From contig CAZHCL010000014.1 of assembly GCA_964530955.1 (NCBI GenBank), positions 1-21,114 on the forward strand: a DNA stretch of 21,114 nucleotides. The letters run 5' to 3'. Position numbers and translations under genes: made by a program. Below are positions 10,005-15,883 of this stretch, in pieces (positions within the stretch are counted from its first letter, which is position 1; the number at the start of each line of letters is the position of its first letter). This stretch comes from Candidatus Woesearchaeota archaeon. GTDB lineage: Archaea; Nanobdellota; Nanobdellia; Pacearchaeales; GW2011-AR1. The notes under the pieces are model-generated. The model was given only the letters and a program-made list of their open reading frames with translations, made no database searches and was not told the DNA's origin.

Positions 10005-10075
10005 GCGCGGTTAGTTAAATGGTAGAACAGCTGGTTGCCAATCAGCGGACACGGGTCCGATTCCCGTACCGCGCA
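10005..10075 (+). tRNA. tRNA-Gly(GCC), CCA not encoded
   Basis: Acceptor GCGCGGT/ACCGCGC + A73; anticodon arm GCTGG-TTGCCAA-TCAGC; T arm ACGGG-TCCGATT-CCCGT. Confidence 0.95.
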
Positions 10076-10106
10076 TTTTCTGATTTGACCTATTAAAAAT
10101 AATTTA
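10075..10106 (+). repeat. Direct repeat copy 1 (32 bp, 28/32 identical to 10694-10725)
   Basis: ATTTTCTGATTTGACCTATTAAAAATAATTTA, starting at the tRNA-Gly discriminator base. Confidence 0.7.
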
Positions 10107-10128
10107 TCCATTAAACAAAAGAGAAAGA

Positions 10129-10157
10129 TTTAAATATTCAGTAAGAATAGTCTTACT
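10129..10157 (+). promoter_or_regulatory. TATA box plus inverted-repeat operator of the TA operon
   Basis: TTTAAATA at 10129-10136; AGTAAGA-ATAG-TCTTACT at 10140-10157 abuts the antitoxin ATG. Confidence 0.7.
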
Positions 10158-10430
10158 ATGTCACAAATAGATATAACTAAAATTAGTTCTAAAGGACAGA
10201 TAGTAATACCTCAAGAACTTAGGCAAGACTTCAACGAAGGAGATAAACTTATAGTAATAAGGAACGATGACCAGATTATACTAAAAAAAGCAGACAAATT
10301 TGATAAACAAATAGAAGAAGATATAATCGTAGCAAAAAGAGTTGAGGCGGCATGGAAAGAAATAGAGCAAGGAAAATATAAAAGAATGTCCAGTGAGGAT
10401 TTTCTTAAAGAAATAAGAAGCCTAAAATAA
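10158..10430 (+). CDS. AbrB/MazE/SpoVT-family antitoxin
   Basis: TKISSKGQIVIPQELRQDFNEGDKLIV swapped-hairpin motif; acidic C-terminal tail. Confidence 0.92.
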   Translation: MSQIDITKISSKGQIVIPQELRQDFNEGDKLIVIRNDDQIILKKADKFDKQIEEDIIVAKRVEAAWKEIEQGKYKRMSSEDFLKEIRSLK

Positions 10431-10433
10431 AAA

Positions 10434-10682
10434 ATGGTAAAAGAGATTATAAGAACAGATAATTTCTTAAAGCGACTGAAAAAGATAGACAAATCAATTT
10501 TAGATAGAGTTGAAAAATTAGTTCTCAAAATTATCAATAATCCTGAAATAGGAAAACCTATGCGCTATGATAGAAAAGAAACGAGAGAATTACATCTGCC
10601 ACCTTTTAGATTAAATTATATTTACGATAAATCCAGAGATATACTTATTTTCTTAGATATCTATCATAAAGATGAACAATAA
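10434..10682 (+). CDS. RelE/ParE-family toxin
   Basis: FLKRLKKID…IINNPEIGKPMRYDRKETRELHLPPFRLNY…LDIYHKDEQ. Confidence 0.9.
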   Translation: MVKEIIRTDNFLKRLKKIDKSILDRVEKLVLKIINNPEIGKPMRYDRKETRELHLPPFRLNYIYDKSRDILIFLDIYHKDEQ

Positions 10683-10693
10683 AAAGCGATCAG

Positions 10694-10725
10694 ATTTTCT
10701 AATTTGATTAATTAAAAATAATTTA
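10694..10725 (+). repeat. Direct repeat copy 2
   Basis: ATTTTCTAATTTGATTAATTAAAAATAATTTA. Confidence 0.7.
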
Positions 10726-10785
10726 CTACTGCTCAAGATGAAAATCAACAAGCAACTTTAAATATTTGCTGATACCTTAATTAAT

Positions 10786-11742
10786 ATGGAAAAAGCTTAC
10801 GCAGTTGATGCTATGATTGCAACGGTTAGAGGAGTAGGCGACTCGGAGCCTGTTTTCTTCCAGAGAAATGGATGTTTTTATGTGGCTTCTCCCCAAGGGT
10901 TCGGAAGAATGTCATACGGTTTATCATTAAGTCCCCAAAACCCAGAAAATAAAAGGTACATGACCGAATTGCCAGAAATAGAAAATTCTCAAGATTTAAC
11001 AATAAGAGAAGGCGAGGGTCTAAACGAGAAATTAAGATTAAAAGAAAGCGAGCTAGAAAGAACAAGACCTTTGATAATGCATGAAGATTCGGGAGAATCT
11101 TTTAGTCTTGAAAGCATGGCAAACTTAGCAAAAGCACTTCAAAAAATAGGTGATGATGGCAATATCAGACTAGTATCTCATTATACCTCATACCATAGTC
11201 ATAAACATGGATATGCAGCAGATGGGACTGACACATCACTTGATGGAGCAAGAGTCATGCAAAGAGAAAAATACCTTGAAATCATGCGCAGCAGGGAAGA
11301 TGGATTTTTTGAAGGGTTATTAAAAGCTACAAAAGAACAGTTAGGCAGAGTATATGAAAGTTCGTCCATTAGTTACATGATGCCTCAGGGAAGAGTTGTC
11401 CATATACCTGATGTTTTAATAGCCACACCCAACGTAATGGCAGCATTCCCTAGAAGAGTATTCTTTGACCATCATAATAGGAATTCAACTTGGCAGAAAG
11501 ATACTGACTTTAGCAGACCCGTTTTTTCAAGGGCAGCAATATATGATAGACTTCCATTTTCATTTAGTTGCATAATCAACAGACAAGCAGTCAATGTGCA
11601 AAACACAAAAGAGCTTGAGACAGAATTAACTAAAAAACTGACTGGAGTTTCGGATGATATTGCTGGTTTAAATAAAGCAATGCCTCAAATTGAAGCTTTC
11701 CTAACAAGAATAAACGGCGCGCATAATGCTGTGTTGAAATAA
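10786..11742 (+). CDS. Hypothetical protein
   Basis: 318-aa ORF; TTTAAATA (10757-10764) 21 nt before ATG; no family recognised. Confidence 0.8.
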   Translation: MEKAYAVDAMIATVRGVGDSEPVFFQRNGCFYVASPQGFGRMSYGLSLSPQNPENKRYMTELPEIENSQDLTIREGEGLNEKLRLKESELERTRPLIMHEDSGESFSLESMANLAKALQKIGDDGNIRLVSHYTSYHSHKHGYAADGTDTSLDGARVMQREKYLEIMRSREDGFFEGLLKATKEQLGRVYESSSISYMMPQGRVVHIPDVLIATPNVMAAFPRRVFFDHHNRNSTWQKDTDFSRPVFSRAAIYDRLPFSFSCIINRQAVNVQNTKELETELTKKLTGVSDDIAGLNKAMPQIEAFLTRINGAHNAVLK

Positions 11743-11851
11743 GATATAGCTTATTGGGAAAATGTCAGAAATGAGGCAGCAGCCAAAAGACAAAAAGATA
11801 AAGGCAAAGAATCTCTCGTGCCATTCTAATAAATAAAATTCTATTAATTAT

Positions 11852-12106
11852 TTAATCGTTAGGATATCTCACTTCAAGACCCTTCGCCCTCGCTTCCATA
11901 AGAGTTGAAGGCACACATTTCTTGTCAGTAAAAGCACAAATTATACAACAGCCAGTTATAGGCGTCTGAATTCTCTTTCCGCATTTATCGCAGTCAAAAT
12001 ACTGGGGGCTACTGTCAAGAGGAACTTTTCTAAGACTGACAGCACCGCATGAAGGACATTTAATCTTTGCATTCTTAGCTATTTTAGCTACTCTTTTTTT
12101 ACCCAT
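11852..12106 (-). CDS. GDCCVxC-domain-like Cys-rich small protein
   Basis: CPSCG…P…QYFDCDKCG…TGCCIICAF…C matches the family Cys pattern. Confidence 0.8.
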   Translation of the reverse strand: MGKKRVAKIAKNAKIKCPSCGAVSLRKVPLDSSPQYFDCDKCGKRIQTPITGCCIICAFTDKKCVPSTLMEARAKGLEVRYPND

Positions 12107-12143
12107 GAATCAAAAAAGAAATATAGATTAATAAATCTGATTA

Positions 12144-12512
12144 TTAATATCCTCTCTTTAAAAGCGCATCCAAGGGTAATTTTAACTTTTTTAGCAGACC
12201 ACTCAAATTATCAGAATTCTTAGGTTCTCCTATGAGTTCGATTTCAGAAGGAGATGAATAATCCCACCTAGTAGATGTACCTTTATATGTCGTCTTGGGC
12301 GAAACACAAACAATACATCCATCTATCAGATAAAAAGAATCAGAACCTGCGTTGTAGCCTGAAGAAACTTTGACATGGGGTCTAGATTTAAGTAGTTTAA
12401 CAGCACGAATTAAAATAGGCTGCCTGACATAAATATCATAAGTATCACCGTACTTAGTCTTTTTATATCCGAAGCTTACAGACAAAGGTTTTTTAATCAC
12501 AACCCAAAACAT
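12144..12512 (-). CDS. Hypothetical protein
   Basis: 122-aa ATG-started ORF filling an otherwise empty interval. Confidence 0.65.
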   Translation of the reverse strand: MFWVVIKKPLSVSFGYKKTKYGDTYDIYVRQPILIRAVKLLKSRPHVKVSSGYNAGSDSFYLIDGCIVCVSPKTTYKGTSTRWDYSSPSEIELIGEPKNSDNLSGLLKKLKLPLDALLKRGY

Positions 12513-12574
12513 AAAAAGAGGTTATTAAACTTATTTATGAATTAGAATATATCATAGTTATATAAAATTCAAAC

Positions 12575-12593
12575 AAACATAAACATTTAAAAA
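12575..12593 (+). repeat. 19-bp direct repeat copy 1, containing a BRE/TATA promoter
   Basis: AAACATAAACATTTAAAAA, identical to 12976-12994. Confidence 0.75.
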
Positions 12594-12614
12594 TAATAAT
12601 CATAAAAATATCTT

Positions 12615-12977
12615 ATGGTAAATGTAACAGAAGACCAAGTTTATGATGCTCTTACATATGAATGGCAATCTGGAGGAAAGATAAGGAATGATTTAATTGA
12701 AAAACTCGGACTTAATAAACTAACTCCTGTGAAGAAGGCAGCATATCTTTTAGCATTTCAAAGTTGGACTGTTAGTAAAGCCGATTTTTACCAAAGAATT
12801 GAAGATTTAAAAGAAAGAGGATTAGCTGAAATTGATTACAGAAAAGAGCTTGAAGGAGAAAATCTTATACAAGTAAACTATGTGAGGAAAAAGAGAGGCG
12901 GAGTTAGAGAAAAAGGGGCTGGAGAAATCCCAGAATTATCTATTGAAACAGGTTTATCAGGACTATTGAGCACATAA
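12615..12977 (+). CDS. Hypothetical protein, probable winged helix
   Basis: DQVYDAL…SGGKIRNDL…FYQRIEDLKERGLAEI pattern. Confidence 0.7.
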   Translation: MVNVTEDQVYDALTYEWQSGGKIRNDLIEKLGLNKLTPVKKAAYLLAFQSWTVSKADFYQRIEDLKERGLAEIDYRKELEGENLIQVNYVRKKRGGVREKGAGEIPELSIETGLSGLLST

Positions 12978-12994
12978 ACATAAACATTTAAAAA
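12976..12994 (+). repeat. 19-bp direct repeat copy 2 (promoter of tRNA-Val TAC)
   Basis: AAACATAAACATTTAAAAA. Confidence 0.75.
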
Positions 12995-13025
12995 ACACTT
13001 TTAGATTATAGCATTAGCATAATGA

Positions 13026-13096
13026 GGCCCATTAGGCTAATGGTAGACCGGGTCGTTTACACCGACCATGCCGAGGTTCGATCCCTCGATGGGCCA
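13026..13096 (+). tRNA. tRNA-Val(TAC), CCA not encoded
   Basis: Acceptor GGCCCAT/ATGGGCC + A; anticodon arm GGTCG-TTTACAC-CGACC; T arm CGAGG-TTCGATC-CCTCG. Confidence 0.93.
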
Positions 13097-13192
13097 TTCT
13101 CATCATCATATACAAATCATTAAAATAAAAATATTTCCTTTATGTAATCTATAATAATTATGTTTATATATCGATAATAACCGCAATTATAA

Positions 13193-13951
13193 ATGGCAGA
13201 AGTTAGAATAGAAGAAACTCCTGAATTTGAATTCATCAGAAAGCTTATTGGCAATTATGAGAATCCGCCTCCAACAACTACCTCTGAAATATTGCGTTAC
13301 TTCTCATATGGAATTGGAATTTTTCAAGGAGTACTGGCACAAACATTTATTGGTGAGGTCAGAAATAATATTTTATCTGGCTCTAAACATCTTATGAAAG
13401 TCATTCCTCTAAAAGAAGAAAGACCTCTAAGATTAGATGATGAATCAAAAAAGATTGCCAGCGAGTACATAAATTTTAATCCTGCAGTAGTTAGTTCACA
13501 CGTAGAAAGGGAAGAAAATAATGTTTCTTTGCATAATTTGCTACGCGAAGATACTTCAGCAAAAGATATAGAACAAATTGTTTCAAGAGCTGAGTCTTGG
13601 AGAGACTTCTTTTTTAGGGCAAAAAAAGAATTCGGAGATGAAATCGGTGGCGGTTGGGGATTTGACTATCCATTATCTTTAGAAAGCATGGCCCTTAGAG
13701 CTAATCCTTTCCTAGAAAGAGATTATAAATCTAATGGAATTGGACAAGAAATATACAGGATAGAAGGAGAATATGTAGGCTTAAGTGTGCCATTCAAAAG
13801 ACCTGAACTATTTATGGGAGATTTAGGAATTATAATTAACATCGATGAAGCCCTTGCTACCTCTCTAGTTGGAAAAAATATAGAGTATCATATTAATTAC
13901 ATGCCCAGAGATGCCTTTGTCTATTTAGGAAACCTAGTCAGAATTCCTTAA
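13193..13951 (+). CDS. Hypothetical protein
   Basis: 252-aa ORF; TTTATATA (13163-13170) 22 nt upstream. Confidence 0.8.
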   Translation: MAEVRIEETPEFEFIRKLIGNYENPPPTTTSEILRYFSYGIGIFQGVLAQTFIGEVRNNILSGSKHLMKVIPLKEERPLRLDDESKKIASEYINFNPAVVSSHVEREENNVSLHNLLREDTSAKDIEQIVSRAESWRDFFFRAKKEFGDEIGGGWGFDYPLSLESMALRANPFLERDYKSNGIGQEIYRIEGEYVGLSVPFKRPELFMGDLGIIINIDEALATSLVGKNIEYHINYMPRDAFVYLGNLVRIP

Positions 13952-14038
13952 ATGTTCCTAGATTTAAGAGCATTTTAAAATCTATACGCAATCATTCTCA
14001 CCAAAAGGTAATTATATCTTCATTTTCTAAGACAAAAA

Positions 14039-14109
14039 GGCCTTGTAGTCTAATGGTAGAACATCTCGTTCACGTCGAGAGAGCCCAAGTCCGATTCTTG
14101 GCAGGGCCA
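14039..14109 (+). tRNA. tRNA-Val(CAC), CCA not encoded; integration target
   Basis: Acceptor GGCCTTG/CAGGGCC + A; anticodon arm TCTCG-TTCACGT-CGAGA; T arm CCAAG-TCCGATT-CTTGG. Confidence 0.93.
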
Positions 14110-14118
14110 TTTACATCA
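14104..14118 (+). repeat. Candidate 15-bp target-site duplication (left copy)
   Basis: GGGCCATTTACATCA = last 6 nt of the tRNA plus 9 nt of trailer, directly before GGGG. The partner copy is not in the window. Confidence 0.5.
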
Positions 14119-14145
14119 GGGGTATATTACATCTCCCGAATTCCG
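14119..14145 (+). repeat. Candidate casposon terminal inverted repeat (left end)
   Basis: GGGGTATATTACATCTCCCGAATTCCG resembles my recollection of the Aciduliprofundum boonei casposon end (GGGGATATATATACATCCCC…). The partner is not in the window. Confidence 0.6.
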
Positions 14146-14277
14146 AACCCTATATAGCATAGTTCTATAGAAAAGATATAGGAAAAGTATAGATATTAGA
14201 GTAAAATTTAATTTATTGTATGGTTTAATACAGCTATGACTTTATATAGGTCTTTATAATCAAGTAGGTATTAACAG

Positions 14278-14658
14278 ATGACAAAGTTAAAAGAGAATGT
14301 AAACAAATTGAACGCATTACTTAAAGAAGGTAAAATTACCGAAGCCTTTCAAAAGTATTACAATATTGATGTAAATATACATATTGATGGAAAACCGCCT
14401 ATAACTGGAAAAGAACAAAAGAGGGAAATGATATTTCTTCAAGAAATAGAAAAATTAAACTCTGCTGAGATAAAATTAGTTGCTTTTGGAGGAGTTGATG
14501 ATGATTTTTCAGTAACAGAATGGGAAATAAATATTGAAAATAAAAAAGGAGAAAAGAAAACAATTTATCGTGTAAATGTTCAACATTGGAAAGATGATAA
14601 AATTATTGATGAAAAAATATATTTTTGTGGTGACCAAAAATTTAAAGTAGAAGATTAA
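14278..14658 (+). CDS. SnoaL-like / NTF2-family protein (cargo)
   Basis: GKITEAFQKYY…DV…P.ITGK…SVTEW…QHWKDDKIIDEKIYF. Confidence 0.8.
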   Translation: MTKLKENVNKLNALLKEGKITEAFQKYYNIDVNIHIDGKPPITGKEQKREMIFLQEIEKLNSAEIKLVAFGGVDDDFSVTEWEINIENKKGEKKTIYRVNVQHWKDDKIIDEKIYFCGDQKFKVED

Positions 14659-14663
14659 TAAGT

Positions 14664-15839
14664 CTATTTCCAATAAATCCAATCGCTATAAGATTCGCCT
14701 GATATAACATTATCTCCATAAGCTCTCACATAAATTCTAAACTGCTGTCCAGTTGGCGAGTGTAGATTAGTTACTGTATATTGATAAGCTCCTTCTGGGT
14801 CTATCTCTAAAGAGTCACTTGTTACATCACTCCAAACTTTAGTTTGGTCTACGGTTTGTAAAGCAACATATATTTTAGTATTCTTTGCCGTTTCAGAGCC
14901 TAAGTTTTTCACAGTAACATTTACATTAGTATACACATCTCGATAGTTGTAAGCATAATTTGAGATAAAATGAATTTCAAGAGATGGTTTTTCAACAATA
15001 GGAAGGATAATCGCTTGTGAATTTTTAAATTCGTCAGGTATTTGTCCAACATCCCAACCTTTAGATGTAGTTTCTAAATAACAAAAGTCCATTCCACCAT
15101 ATGCATAATAGGATTGTCCAGCCGAAGGTGTACATTTTATTCCAACAGCCATGTGACCTACTGGATTTCCTTTAAATTCTAACATAGCTACACCATAGCC
15201 TAACTCATTAAGCATAGAAGATACTAGAATCGAAGTGTCTTCACAATCTCCGCCATCATCATAAATAGTTTCATAAGGGAATCTAGGATATTCATCAAAA
15301 CCAGTTGTGACTTTATCGGAAGTATATGGGAGACTTTGAACAAAAGAAATAATAAAATAGGGTATTTCTGAATCACTCAATCCGCTATTTTTACCGTAAT
15401 CTCTCAAATTTTCAGTAATACTTTTGATAAATGGTTTACTATAAATATCTGAGGCAAATAAATCATAATCTCTAACTCTTTCTCTAGCTTTGAAAACCTT
15501 ATCAACTTCGGGATATAATGTAATGGTTGTCTCATAACTATAACCTTTGTAATCCCATTTAAAGTCTCTAGTAAAAGCTCCTTTTTGATAATCAGATAAT
15601 GTATTGCTCTGACTTTGAATTGTTTGAGAAGTATTTGTTTGGTCATTTTGAGAGGGCGTTTGTAGATAGGTTTGACCTTGAGAAGAAGTTGGTGCTGGAT
15701 TATTAGCCGAAGTACTACTTGAGTTATTGGTAGAAGAATTATCTCCAAAGAAGTATCCAATCAGAACTAAAGCAATGAAAATCCAAAAGATAATCCAAAG
15801 CGTTCTCTTCCACACACTCTTTTTGGGTTTTGAATCCAT
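14664..15839 (-). CDS. Membrane-anchored transglutaminase-like cysteine protease with C-terminal Ig/CARDB-like domain (cargo)
   Basis: Likely start MDSKPKK at 15839 (ORF track extends to a TTG at 15887). TM helix; S/T/Q linker; FVQSLPY, GDCEDTSIL (Cys), GHMAVGI (His), YLETT; VNVTVKNLGS. Confidence 0.85.
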   Translation of the reverse strand: MDSKPKKSVWKRTLWIIFWIFIALVLIGYFFGDNSSTNNSSSTSANNPAPTSSQGQTYLQTPSQNDQTNTSQTIQSQSNTLSDYQKGAFTRDFKWDYKGYSYETTITLYPEVDKVFKARERVRDYDLFASDIYSKPFIKSITENLRDYGKNSGLSDSEIPYFIISFVQSLPYTSDKVTTGFDEYPRFPYETIYDDGGDCEDTSILVSSMLNELGYGVAMLEFKGNPVGHMAVGIKCTPSAGQSYYAYGGMDFCYLETTSKGWDVGQIPDEFKNSQAIILPIVEKPSLEIHFISNYAYNYRDVYTNVNVTVKNLGSETAKNTKIYVALQTVDQTKVWSDVTSDSLEIDPEGAYQYTVTNLHSPTGQQFRIYVRAYGDNVISGESYSDWIYWK

Positions 15840-15883
15840 AAAAGATATTGGTTTAACTAACTTAAAAACATATTGAATAATAC

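Noticed and set aside
11852-12106. Selenocysteine recoding in the GDCCVxC-like gene
   Set aside because: No in-frame TGA; all positions are Cys.
11104-13690. Shared SLESMA peptide (gaaagcatggc) in the 318-aa and 252-aa orphans
   Set aside because: There is no similarity outside six residues, so it is probably coincidence.
13095-14000. CATTCTCA repeated after tRNA-Val(TAC) and at 13993
   Set aside because: An 8-bp match is too short to support a cassette boundary.
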